DNA from: Nostoc punctiforme PCC 73102
GTDB taxonomy: Bacteria; Cyanobacteriota; Cyanobacteriia; Cyanobacteriales; Nostocaceae
Length of the DNA: 32,000 nt
Assembly: GCF_000020025.1 (NCBI RefSeq)
Contig: NC_010628.1
Location: forward strand, 7,920,001-7,952,000
Direction: 5' to 3'
The position numbers and the translations under genes are program-made. The notes beneath the pieces were generated by a model. That model saw nothing but the letters and a program-made list of their open reading frames with translations. It was not told where the DNA came from and did no database searches. Shown piece after piece: positions 1-9,037 of the stretch (positions within the stretch are counted from its first letter, which is position 1; every line of letters begins with the position of its first letter).

Positions 1-51
1 GGGGTATTTAGAACTTTTAATACCGACAAGGGGACTTTTAAAACATCCTCT
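1..51. mobile_element. Right-hand part of a MITE-like dispersed element, truncated by the window edge. Same family as 28481..28610.
   Basis: tagaacttttaataccgacaaggggacttttaaaacatcctct differs at only 2 positions from the matching part of 28568..28610. Both copies end with ACTTTTAAAACATCCTCT. Confidence 0.6.
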
Positions 52-498
52 AAGTAGTAAGGTGTAAATATAAAGTTTGTAGTCAGGACTTTAGTCCTGA
101 TAAGTCTTGCTATGAGCGATGAATCGCTCCTACGAACAATGCTTGCTGCAAACTTTTCTTGGTCAATTCTAGAAGTTTGTGAAGTTTCTTAATAAACTGA
201 CCAACTTTCGGCTGTTTGGGCGTTAAAGCTGTTTGACTCTCATGTAATAGATTTAACAATTAATATATTAATGGTTATATTAGTTATATATGGACTCTAA
301 CTTCAATTAGTAATTATACTGAGTTAAACTCTGGCAAGGAAACTAAGGTATAGTGCAAGCCTAGGAGTTTCAAGTAGTTTTTAGCCTTGCATTTCGAGTC
401 TTAGCGGGTTTAGTAATACTCTTTAATTAAGGCAAAAGATGCGATTTATCGGGTTTTTGTGATGTTTATAGCAATCCTGAATCATTGCTGATAAACAC

Positions 499-531
499 AG
501 ATCCCCGACTTCTTAAAGAAGTCGGGGATCT
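499..531. repeat. Near-perfect 33-nt palindrome (agatccccgacttctt-a-aagaagtcggggatct) in a long non-coding region. Hairpin-forming element.
   Basis: Read directly: 16-nt arms are exact reverse complements around a single central base. No ORF covers it. Confidence 0.7.
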
Positions 532-795
532 GGGGGTTGCAATTCTTACAAATCAAATAGGATCGCTACTGAACGGCGCGATCGCACTGTGAAATTATGT
601 ACGTACTGTTCAATATGCTTGTGTGGAAATGATAAATACTTACAGCATAAGAGTTTCAGCAATGATAGTCGAATGAGCGTTAGCGTAGCTCATCGTAGAC
701 ATCGCTTGAATAAGTAGACGCATAAACTATCATTTGGAATGCAAAAATATAGGTGTTGGAAAAAAATAAATTTTTCCAATTTGGCAAACAATCCA

Positions 796-1041
796 TCAAT
801 TTGGAGAACACTTAGAACAAAAATCAGGACTGAATTTGCAGTATTGACTACCTGTTAATGAGTACGCTGTACAATAAGGAAAACTCGTGAGTCCAATTTT
901 GGCTGTTTGCAATTTTGAACCGTTCCGCGACACTCCATTCGGTTTGGTTTTATCAGCCAGAAAGATTGCTACAAGCTTAGGAAACGCTACGCAAATAGTA
1001 ATATTGAGCAGCGTCAATAGTATAGTGTCTATCAAATTCAT
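796..1041 (-). CDS. Hypothetical small protein (81 aa) with an N-terminal hydrophobic helix and a Cys-containing C-terminal half.
   Basis: ATG start with GGAGA about 9 nt upstream on the minus strand. No recognisable family motif. Isolated in non-coding DNA. Confidence 0.3.
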   Translation of the reverse strand: MNLIDTILLTLLNITICVAFPKLVAIFLADKTKPNGVSRNGSKLQTAKIGLTSFPYCTAYSLTGSQYCKFSPDFCSKCSPN

Positions 1042-1301
1042 AGGTAATCATCTCCTGTGAAAAATAGGCGATTGCTGTTTTTAGGTGCAAACATAATATT
1101 ATGTGTAGGATTCACGTTCAGTTCATCTATTGCTTGCACTCTATGTAAAATAACTTTAACATAAATTTTTGTAAATATAAACGTGGAATTTCTGGAATTA
1201 TTATACACAGAAGGGAATGTGGATAATAAGGACGGTTATTGTAGCGGGATAACAAAATAAACTGGAAAAACAATTAATTTACAATATTTAGGTAAGGTGT
1301 T

Positions 1302-3251
1302 ATGTCAAAAACCCAAACCGCGTCTTCTTTTTTATCTAACATCAGTGAGCAAGAACGTGAGGCATTAAAGCGGTTGGTAGATTATACAAAAGTGGAATCG
1401 CTACCAGAAGTTTGGCCTTTGGCATCTCAACGATTTGGTGATGTTGTTGCCCTCCGCAGTCCTCACGCCAAACCAGAAATTGTGATTACTTATACACAGT
1501 TAGCAGAGCAAATCCAATTATTTGCTGCTGGGTTACAGGCATTAGGAGTGAAGCTAGGCGATCGCATTTCCTTAATTTCTGACAACAGTCCCCGTTGGTT
1601 TATTGCCGATCAAGGCATAATGACTGCTGGTGCAGTTGATGCAGTGCGTAGTTCCCAAGCGGAAAAAGAAGAATTGCTGTTTATCATCGCTAATAGCGGT
1701 AGTACGGCAATAGTTGTTGAGGATTTAAAGACACTTAAAAAACTACAAGACCGCATCCAAGATTTACCAATTCAGTTTGCGATTTTACTTTCAGATGAAG
1801 CACCACCGACAGACGGAACCCTAAAGGTACTGAATTTTGCACAGTTGATCGAAATTGGGAAAAATCATAATTTTGTGCCGGTTAAACAAAATCGTGATGC
1901 TTTAGCGACCCTAATTTATACCTCCGGTACTACAGGAAGACCGAAGGGTGTAATGCTATCTTATAGCAATTTGATGCACCAAATAACAACCTTCGGCACA
2001 GTATTACAACCAAATGCAGGCGACATTGTTCTCAGTATCTTACCTTCGTGGCATAGCTACGAGCGGACTGTTGAATATTACCTACTATCTCAAGGTTGCA
2101 CGCAAATTTATACCAACTTGCGTTCTGTGAAAGGAGATTTGAGACAATTTAAACCTAATTATATGGTGGGTGTACCCCGCCTGTGGGAATCGATTTATGA
2201 AGGAGTGCAAAAGCAGTTCCGGGAACAACCAGCCAAAAAACAACGCCTAATTAACTTTTTGTTGGGCATTAGCGACAAATATATTAAAGCGCGGCGAGTT
2301 GCTCAGGGATTGGATTTAAATAATCTTCATGCTTCAGCCATCGAGCGATTAACAGCTAAGATCCAAGCAGCTGCTTTATTACCCCTCCACGCCTTGGGAG
2401 AACGACTAGTTTATGCCAAGGTGCGAGAAGCCACAGGAGGACACGTCAAGCAGATGATTAGCGGTGGTGGTGCGCTTCCCAGACACATCGATAACTTCTT
2501 TGAAATTATTGGTGTGCAGATTTTGCAAGGCTATGGCTTGACAGAAACTTCTCCTGTTACCCATGTGCGCCGTCCTTGGCGAAATTTGATTGGTGCATCA
2601 GGGCTACCACTCCCCGCTACAGAAGCTAAAATCGTAGATCCTGAGACAAAAGCGCCTTTGCCAATAGAGAAGCGAGGCTTAGTATTGTTGAGGGGGCCGC
2701 AGATTATGCAAGGCTATTACCAAAATCCGGAAGCGACAGCGAAAGCAATTGATGCTGAAGGTTGGTTTGATAGCGGCGATTTGGGCTGGTTGACACCACA
2801 AGACGACTTAGTGCTGACTGGCAGAGCAAAGGATACGATTGTATTGACTAACGGGGAAAACATCGAGCCGCAGCCGATCGAAGACGCGTGTTTGCGATCG
2901 CCCTACATCGATCAAATTATGCTCGTCGGCCAAGATCAGCGCAGCCTGGGTGCCTTGATTGTCCCCAATGTCGAAGCCCTAGAAAAATGGGCGCAGAACG
3001 ATCCGGCCACTTCTTCACCTAGTCAAAAAATTGACTTGGAGAGTAGAATGATCCAGGATTTATTTCGGCAAGAATTGAATCGAGAAGTGCAAAATCGTCC
3101 AGGCTATCGACCGGATGACCGCATTGGGACATTCAAACTCATTCTAGAACCGTTTTCTATCGAAAATGGTTTGATGACACAAACACTAAAAGTTCGCCGA
3201 CATGTCGTCACGGAACGTTATCGCGATATTATTGACGGCATGTTTGCCTGA
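1302..3251 (+). CDS. AMP-forming long-chain fatty acid ligase (acyl-CoA/acyl-ACP synthetase family). The single cyanobacterial homologue of this type is known to act as acyl-ACP synthetase (Aas).
   Basis: Adenylate-forming motifs YTSGTTGRPKGV and GYGLTETSP, GWFDSGDLG, and the C-terminal LKVRR lysine motif. 649 aa. Confidence 0.85.
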   Translation: MSKTQTASSFLSNISEQEREALKRLVDYTKVESLPEVWPLASQRFGDVVALRSPHAKPEIVITYTQLAEQIQLFAAGLQALGVKLGDRISLISDNSPRWFIADQGIMTAGAVDAVRSSQAEKEELLFIIANSGSTAIVVEDLKTLKKLQDRIQDLPIQFAILLSDEAPPTDGTLKVLNFAQLIEIGKNHNFVPVKQNRDALATLIYTSGTTGRPKGVMLSYSNLMHQITTFGTVLQPNAGDIVLSILPSWHSYERTVEYYLLSQGCTQIYTNLRSVKGDLRQFKPNYMVGVPRLWESIYEGVQKQFREQPAKKQRLINFLLGISDKYIKARRVAQGLDLNNLHASAIERLTAKIQAAALLPLHALGERLVYAKVREATGGHVKQMISGGGALPRHIDNFFEIIGVQILQGYGLTETSPVTHVRRPWRNLIGASGLPLPATEAKIVDPETKAPLPIEKRGLVLLRGPQIMQGYYQNPEATAKAIDAEGWFDSGDLGWLTPQDDLVLTGRAKDTIVLTNGENIEPQPIEDACLRSPYIDQIMLVGQDQRSLGALIVPNVEALEKWAQNDPATSSPSQKIDLESRMIQDLFRQELNREVQNRPGYRPDDRIGTFKLILEPFSIENGLMTQTLKVRRHVVTERYRDIIDGMFA

Positions 3252-3293
3252 TAATTCCACCTCCCAACTGTAAAGAGTGAACGTGAAATATTT

Positions 3294-3743
3294 ATGGATG
3301 TCTCCAAATCTAATTTGCTTCTGAAACGCGTCGTTAACGTCAAAGTTATTGTGACTCCCCTCTGGAAAGAGGAAGTACAACAGCAGTTACAAACCCAGAT
3401 CAATCAACTCGATCAGCAACTGCAACAGCTAGACGTAGAAGGACAAAGAGCGATCGCAGCAATTCAAAAGCAGAGTCTGCAACCACCCGGCCCCCAGACC
3501 CTCCAACAAATTGACAATATTCAACTCCAAGTCAATCAAAAGAAAAGTGAATTTCTAGAGCAAAAAAATCAGTTGCTACAAAATCTCCAGCAAGTGCAGT
3601 TTCTCCAGCAAGATCAAGAAGTTAACCAATTCCAAATGGAAGGCTTTTTCCGGGTAGAGATAGGAGATAACCTGATTAGCAAAATGCAAGTCGAAATCGT
3701 TCTGCGCGATGGTGTTGTAGAAGAAATTCGCGGTGACATTTAA
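3294..3743 (+). CDS. Gln-rich coiled-coil protein of unknown function (149 aa). Possibly YlqD-family, but that is a tentative recollection.
   Basis: Long ORF 42 nt after the ligase stop. Heptad-like QQLQxQINQLDQQLQQL segments with small beta-rich ends. Confidence 0.5.
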   Translation: MDVSKSNLLLKRVVNVKVIVTPLWKEEVQQQLQTQINQLDQQLQQLDVEGQRAIAAIQKQSLQPPGPQTLQQIDNIQLQVNQKKSEFLEQKNQLLQNLQQVQFLQQDQEVNQFQMEGFFRVEIGDNLISKMQVEIVLRDGVVEEIRGDI

Positions 3744-3801
3744 ATTTGTTATTTGTCCGTTGTCCTTGTCATTTGTTTTGTGAGCAATGACCAATAAATG
3801 A

Positions 3802-4347
3802 CTAATGACAAATGTGATTTAACTTAGTGCGGGAGAGGCTCCCAGCCGAACATTCTACCTGGGAGCCAGCCCAAACAATTTGCCAGACTGGAGGAGAGCT
3901 AATAAATAGCGATCGCCCGAAGGCTGACATCTCAACTCGATATTTAACTGCACTAACTGCATCATCACCCCGCTTGAATTGGGTAATCGTCACTAAAGCC
4001 TGATTTCGTTGTGGATAAGCTACCTCTACCTTTCGCGTTCCTTCCACTGCTGGTATGCTGTCAAAGGCATTCAGAGCAAGGGTAGCAGGATCGCTTCCTT
4101 GGAGAGATGAGTTGATATTTTCTAAGGGTATAGTTTTATAGTTAGAGCGGTCTGGGTATGCCACAACCTCTTGAGATTGATGTATTGCTCTCACCTGCTG
4201 GGTTTGCCCATAACTAGTCTCAACAATCGGTGCAGATTGCTGGCGCTGGGTAATATATACTCCAGCGCCAGCAGTGGCAAAGATACCTAGTATCACAATC
4301 AAAATGAATTTTAGCTTTGCCGACATAAAAGTAAACAGGAATTTCAA
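3802..4347 (-). CDS. Hypothetical membrane-anchored or secreted protein. The likely true start is the ATG at 4326 (MSAKLKFILIV...) rather than the TTG at 4347.
   Basis: N-terminal hydrophobic segment KFILIVILGIFATAGAGVYI followed by a soluble domain. No family motif recognised. Confidence 0.5.
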   Translation of the reverse strand: MKFLFTFMSAKLKFILIVILGIFATAGAGVYITQRQQSAPIVETSYGQTQQVRAIHQSQEVVAYPDRSNYKTIPLENINSSLQGSDPATLALNAFDSIPAVEGTRKVEVAYPQRNQALVTITQFKRGDDAVSAVKYRVEMSAFGRSLFISSPPVWQIVWAGSQVECSAGSLSRTKLNHICH

Positions 4348-4731
4348 ATAGGTTTATTACCAATTTTGAATTCTAGATTGAACTGCATCCCATATCCTCT
4401 ACCTGTGAGTAGCTCTTGTATCTTAAGCATCCGGTATGAGGAAGTATAAATAGCAATCCCATTTAATCTCTGAGAAACTCGTGCTGGTTTTTGCAAGTCA
4501 ACGATTAAAACGAGATCGAGATATTGGCTAACCCTTAAGGATTGCTCTGTATTATAGACATCCAATTCATATTTAGGTTCCTGGGGTTAAGAGTTAAGAG
4601 TTAGGAACTCTCCCAATACCAATTCCCAATCTAAAATATAAAATCTCCAGCCCAAAACTCTCCCGCCAAGATACAATTCGATCTGATGAAAGCTGTTAAA
4701 GTCCATAAACCATTGATTTCCAAACCACCCT

Positions 4732-6033
4732 ATGAGCATTCATGAAGTATTTATGCCGGCGCTGAGTTCCACCATGACGGAAGGCAAAATCGTCTCCTGG
4801 GTAAAATCGCCAGGGGACAAAGTGGAAAAAGGCGAAACAGTGGTGGTTGTAGAGTCAGATAAGGCAGATATGGATGTAGAAACCTTTTATGAAGGCTTTC
4901 TTGCCCATATCATAGTTGAAGCTGGTGAAACTGCCCCGGTAGGATCTGCGATCGCCTTCATAGCCGAAACTGAAGCTGAAATTGAACAGGCCAAATCTCT
5001 TGCCAATTCCGGCGGCGTGGCTGCTACTACTACCTCTGCCCCTGAGCCAATCCCCGCCACAGCCTCAGTTGTAACACCTGCCTTAGCGTCTCAAAATGGC
5101 TCTAATCACAAAGAAGGCAGACTTGTAGCTTCACCCCGTGCCCGCAAATTAGCCAAAGAACTCAAAGTTGATTTAACTACACTCCAAGGCAGTGGTCCCT
5201 ACGGTCGCATTGTCGCCGAAGATGTAGAAGCATTGTCCAATAAGGGCAAACAACCCGCCACTGCCCCAGTTGCCCCACCAGCAACTGTACCAACCAGCGC
5301 CCCAATTGCATCCCCAGCACCTCGCACACCAGCACCCGCGCCAGTGGTAGCTGCTGTTCCTGGTCAAATCGTACCTCTAACTACCTTCCAAAATGCCGTA
5401 GTGCGGAACATGGTAGCCACCATATCCGTGCCCGTCTTCCGCGTCGGTTATACAATTACCACTGACGGATTAGACAAACTTTATAAACAAATTAAATCCA
5501 AAGGCGTGACAATGACAGCGCTACTGGCGAAAGCTGTAGCAGTGACATTGCAAAAACACCCATTGTTAAATGCTAGCTATTCAGACCAGGGTATTGTTTA
5601 TCATTCTGATATCAACATTTCCGTAGCCGTAGCGATGGATGATGGCGGATTAATTACACCTGTGTTGCAAAATGCAGATGCAGTGGATATTTATTCTCTA
5701 TCGCGTACTTGGAAGTCTTTGGTAGAACGTGCCAGAGCAAAACAACTACAACCCCAAGAATACAACAGTGGTACTTTTACCCTATCTAATTTGGGGATGT
5801 TTGGCGTAGACAAATTTGATGCGATTTTGCCGCCTGGACAAGGTTCAATTTTAGCGATCGGGGCATCCCGTCCGCAAGTGGTAGCAACACCCGACGGTTT
5901 ATTTGGCGTGCGTCAACAAATGCAAGTCAATATTACTTCTGACCACCGGATTATTTACGGTGCCCATGCTGCGGCGTTCTTGCAAGATTTAGCGAAATTG
6001 ATTGAGACAAATCCTCAATCTTTGACACTGTAG
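4732..6033 (+). CDS. pdhC: Dihydrolipoamide acetyltransferase (E2 component of the pyruvate dehydrogenase complex).
   Basis: Lipoyl-lysine motif VESDKADMDVE, Ala/Pro-rich linkers, peripheral subunit-binding segment SPRARKLAKELKVDL, and catalytic SDHRIIYGA. Confidence 0.9.
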   Translation: MSIHEVFMPALSSTMTEGKIVSWVKSPGDKVEKGETVVVVESDKADMDVETFYEGFLAHIIVEAGETAPVGSAIAFIAETEAEIEQAKSLANSGGVAATTTSAPEPIPATASVVTPALASQNGSNHKEGRLVASPRARKLAKELKVDLTTLQGSGPYGRIVAEDVEALSNKGKQPATAPVAPPATVPTSAPIASPAPRTPAPAPVVAAVPGQIVPLTTFQNAVVRNMVATISVPVFRVGYTITTDGLDKLYKQIKSKGVTMTALLAKAVAVTLQKHPLLNASYSDQGIVYHSDINISVAVAMDDGGLITPVLQNADAVDIYSLSRTWKSLVERARAKQLQPQEYNSGTFTLSNLGMFGVDKFDAILPPGQGSILAIGASRPQVVATPDGLFGVRQQMQVNITSDHRIIYGAHAAAFLQDLAKLIETNPQSLTL

Positions 6034-6194
6034 TTTTGAAAAAACACCAAATTTAAATGTTAGCGCTATGAGCGAACAGCAGTTTGTCGTAGAGTAGCGC
6101 TAACAACAAACAATACTTAAACTTAAATTTTTATGAACAAACCATGTAGCGATATCACGTCTCTACATGAGTTTATGTCCAAACTGATATCACA

Positions 6195-7109
6195 GTGACA
6201 TACGATAACACCCTGAAATATCTGGTTGAGCAGTATCCAGAAGATTTTATCCGCTACTTACTTGCATCTGAGGCAACGGATATCCAGATTCTCAAAACAG
6301 AACTAAATCAAGAACCAATTCGTGCCGATTCAGTAACCTTTTTGCAAACTGCCAATCAGATACTGCATTTAGAGTTTCAAACCTTACCAGCATCAACTCC
6401 ACCCTTGCCACTGCGGATGTTGGACTATTGGGTGCGGCTATATCTACAATACAATTGTGATATCGAGCAGGTAGTGATTTTCCTTAAACCCACAACTTCA
6501 GAAGCTGTATTTGTAGATCAATTTACTGCCCGCAATACTACCCACCGTTATCGCGTCATCCGAATTTGGGAACAAGACCCAGAGCCTTTATTGTTATCTC
6601 CTGGTTTGTTACCTCTGGCAACTTTGGCGCGAACAGATTCTCCTCAAAGCTTACTGCAACAAGTAGCAGTTCAGGTGAGTATGATTGAAGAAGCAGCCAC
6701 TAAGCAGAGTATCTCGGTATGTACCCAACTTCTAGCAGGGTTGGTATTCGAGCCAGAACTAATTCGTCAGTTTTTGAGGAGAGAAGATATGAGAGAATCT
6801 GCCATTTATCAAGAAATTCTCCAAGAAGGACTGCAAGAAGGGAGACAACGAGGCATTGAACAAGGTCTTGAACAAGGCATTGAACAAGGTCTTGAACAAG
6901 GTCTTGAACAAGGTCTTGAACAAGGAAGACAATCAGAACTGAGGCTAGTGATACGTCTATTAACTCGTCGGCTTGGTTCAATTAATTCTCAGTTACAATC
7001 CCGGTTGCAAGAGTTGTCCTTAGCTCAGTTAGAAAACTTGGGTGAAGTATTACTAGATTTTGCTAGTGAGGCTGATTTAATGAATTGGCTAAATACAATA
7101 GAAAATTAG
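6195..7109 (+). CDS. Rpn (YhgA-like) family recombination-promoting nuclease/putative transposase, with a PD-(D/E)XK-type N-domain and a DUF4351-like C-terminal domain.
   Basis: GTG start. N-terminal pattern LKYLVEQYPEDFIRYLL...ADSVTFL...ILHLEFQ, and C-terminal RLLTRRLGSI...LSLAQLENLGEVLLDF..DLMNWL, typical of the many cyanobacterial copies of this family. Confidence 0.75.
   Translation: MTYDNTLKYLVEQYPEDFIRYLLASEATDIQILKTELNQEPIRADSVTFLQTANQILHLEFQTLPASTPPLPLRMLDYWVRLYLQYNCDIEQVVIFLKPTTSEAVFVDQFTARNTTHRYRVIRIWEQDPEPLLLSPGLLPLATLARTDSPQSLLQQVAVQVSMIEEAATKQSISVCTQLLAGLVFEPELIRQFLRREDMRESAIYQEILQEGLQEGRQRGIEQGLEQGIEQGLEQGLEQGLEQGRQSELRLVIRLLTRRLGSINSQLQSRLQELSLAQLENLGEVLLDFASEADLMNWLNTIEN
6852..6923 (+). 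repeat. In-frame tandem repeat of 6 x 12 bp (ggcattgaacaa / ggtcttgaacaa), encoding (G-I/L-E-Q)x6 inside the Rpn-family gene.
   Basis: Counted directly. The last three units are identical at the nucleotide level. Confidence 0.95.
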
Positions 7110-7322
7110 AGTTTGCTCTAAACCTTTTTTTTCTTGTGTCCGCTCGACGCTCGAAATATGGACTTGAATAGTCGAGGCGATCGCTTGATCTGTTTCTCCC
7201 TTTGAAGCCATCAAAAAAAATGGATTTACTACCAAACATTGTTGCCTTGGCAGACTACTAGGGAGAAACAGTTAATTCACGAAAAGCTTGGATTGCGTTG
7301 ATGTCAGGAAAACCGAAATGGA

Positions 7323-7784
7323 TTAAACAACTACAAAGTTGCTGACGCTTAGTGAAGATACACCGTTTAATTGTGCGAATTTTTTCTGAGCAAATCCACT
7401 ATTGCTGCCATCTTGGTCGAAGTAAAGCGCCCCTGAGCTACTGTCGAAAATCAATCGCTGATCTTTTGTTGTTGCAGTTGTGCCGAGGGTAAATTGACTA
7501 GGTAGGATTGAATTTGGTGATAAACTGCCACCGAAACCCACAGCAGATAATTGAATGTAGTCAATGATACCGAAGTCATAGATAACATCAAGCCCTTCAT
7601 TAGAACTATTGAAAACAAAGGTATCTTGATTTGCACCACCAGTCAGGAAATCATTACCACCACCACCAGTCAATACATCACTCCCATCACCACCAATTAG
7701 AGTATCATTATCATTGCCACCGTTGAGAGTACTACTACCGCCAGCACCAAAGGCAGATAGATAATCATTCTGAAGGGGCGACAT
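7323..7784 (-). pseudogene. C-terminal fragment of the IS-disrupted RTX-type calcium-binding repeat protein. The host-derived part is 7323..7769. The first residues MSPLQ come from the IS end.
   Basis: GGxGxD nonapeptide repeats (GGNDNDTLIGGDGSDVLTGGGGNDFLTGG). The tail ends in ...SNFVVV, as in type I secretion substrates. It joins in frame to 9038..10546 once the IS is removed. Confidence 0.8.
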
Positions 7785-9037
7785 GAAGCCTATAAAGCTG
7801 ACTGTATAAGCTTCATAGCTCTCATCCCTTGTAAATAATTCTCTAGTTTATGACGACTTAATCGCATTAAATCTTGAACTAAACTCCAACAATCACCAAT
7901 GAAATTAACCCAGTTCTGTGCATAAAGACCGATATAAAAGTTACTATGCCTTCTGTGAGAACGTCCATATTCTTTGGGACGTGCCACATATTTTGCAATT
8001 CCTTTACTCTTAATATTCTGACCTTGTAATGTAGCAATAGTGTAAGCTAATGAGATGATTAAAACTAAAGCAATAAACCGCTTACCTTCCACATTTGTCT
8101 TCTCTAAATTGTAACCGCCACTTTTAAAATCTCTAAACATCTCTTCTATATCAAAGCGCTTTTGATATGCCGGAATCGCCGTTATTTTACTATTCATGTT
8201 AGTTAAAATAAACCATCCTTCTTTGGCTTTGTTTTGACGGTAATTCTTTTTCCATTTGCAAGCCACATTAAATCCCTTCACTTGTTTAGTTTTTGTTAGC
8301 GTTGCATCTGATACAAAAAAAGATGTTCCTGGTTTTAAACCTAAATCTTTTATTTCGCACCATAAATGAGCTTTCAACTCAATATTCTCATTTTTCTTGA
8401 GTCTCAAACAAAACTCAAACCCTTGTTCATCAAGCCATTTCGCCAAGCTCACTGAACAAAACTCTCTATCTCCTAACACTACCGTTTTATAGTTTTTAAA
8501 TAAGGGAATTATCTTTGATAATGCCTTAGTTTGTTCTGATAAGTTACTACTACCTAATTTTGCTAAAAGCTTAAAGTATATCGGTATAGCTCTTTTTTGA
8601 AAAATTACACTAATCATTAGTAGATTTTTTCTTTTCCAATTCGTCCTATCAATTGCTAAATAGATTCGGTGATTTCCGAGGAAAGTTTGAGCTAACCATC
8701 GTTCAATTATGGGAAACCATAATTCTTCTATATTCAATATTGGTAATGATAGAAACCTTTGTAACTTCTTCCGTCTCGACTGGCATTGAATGAATAATGG
8801 TCGCGACTCTGATATTTTCTCTAGTTTCACATCTTTGATATTTTGTACTACGTTAATCACCAGCGTCAGAAATATTAATTCGGACTGTGAAAGTAAACTT
8901 TGTAGATGCTTCTGGTATAATTCAGGTAACATTTTCAACAGATAGGTCTTATTGACAATACTGACCTATCTTTTTTTACCATAATTCGCTCAACTTAATA
9001 CAGCACAAAGGCTTTCGGGTGCTTGTCCCCCCTTCAG
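7770..9037 (-). mobile_element. IS4-family insertion sequence (1268 bp) inserted in the RTX-type gene.
   Basis: Imperfect terminal inverted repeats: CTGAAGGGG at 7770..7778 and its complement at 9029..9037. Flanked by the 9-bp direct repeat ATAATCATT at 7761..7769 and 9038..9046. Contains a single transposase ORF. Confidence 0.85.
7790..8938 (-). CDS. IS4-family DDE transposase (382 aa).
   Basis: DDE context AIDRTNW ... LGDREF ... and an exact Y(2)R(3)E(6)K signature in YQKRFDIEEMFRDFK. The N-terminus resembles cyanobacterial ISY203-like transposases (from memory). Confidence 0.85.
   Translation of the reverse strand: MKMLPELYQKHLQSLLSQSELIFLTLVINVVQNIKDVKLEKISESRPLFIQCQSRRKKLQRFLSLPILNIEELWFPIIERWLAQTFLGNHRIYLAIDRTNWKRKNLLMISVIFQKRAIPIYFKLLAKLGSSNLSEQTKALSKIIPLFKNYKTVVLGDREFCSVSLAKWLDEQGFEFCLRLKKNENIELKAHLWCEIKDLGLKPGTSFFVSDATLTKTKQVKGFNVACKWKKNYRQNKAKEGWFILTNMNSKITAIPAYQKRFDIEEMFRDFKSGGYNLEKTNVEGKRFIALVLIISLAYTIATLQGQNIKSKGIAKYVARPKEYGRSHRRHSNFYIGLYAQNWVNFIGDCWSLVQDLMRLSRHKLENYLQGMRAMKLIQSAL

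Noticed and set aside
4344-4565. 73-aa minus-strand ORF immediately upstream of the 3802..4347 gene.
   Set aside because: No RBS, no recognisable motif, and it lies in the promoter or spacer region between divergent genes. It may at most be a leader artefact.
6059-6104. Terminator downstream of the E2 gene (10-bp stem gttagcgcta / tagcgctaac).
   Set aside because: The loop is 26 nt and no U-tract follows. It is more likely one of the dispersed hairpin repeats than a canonical intrinsic terminator, so it is not listed as a feature.
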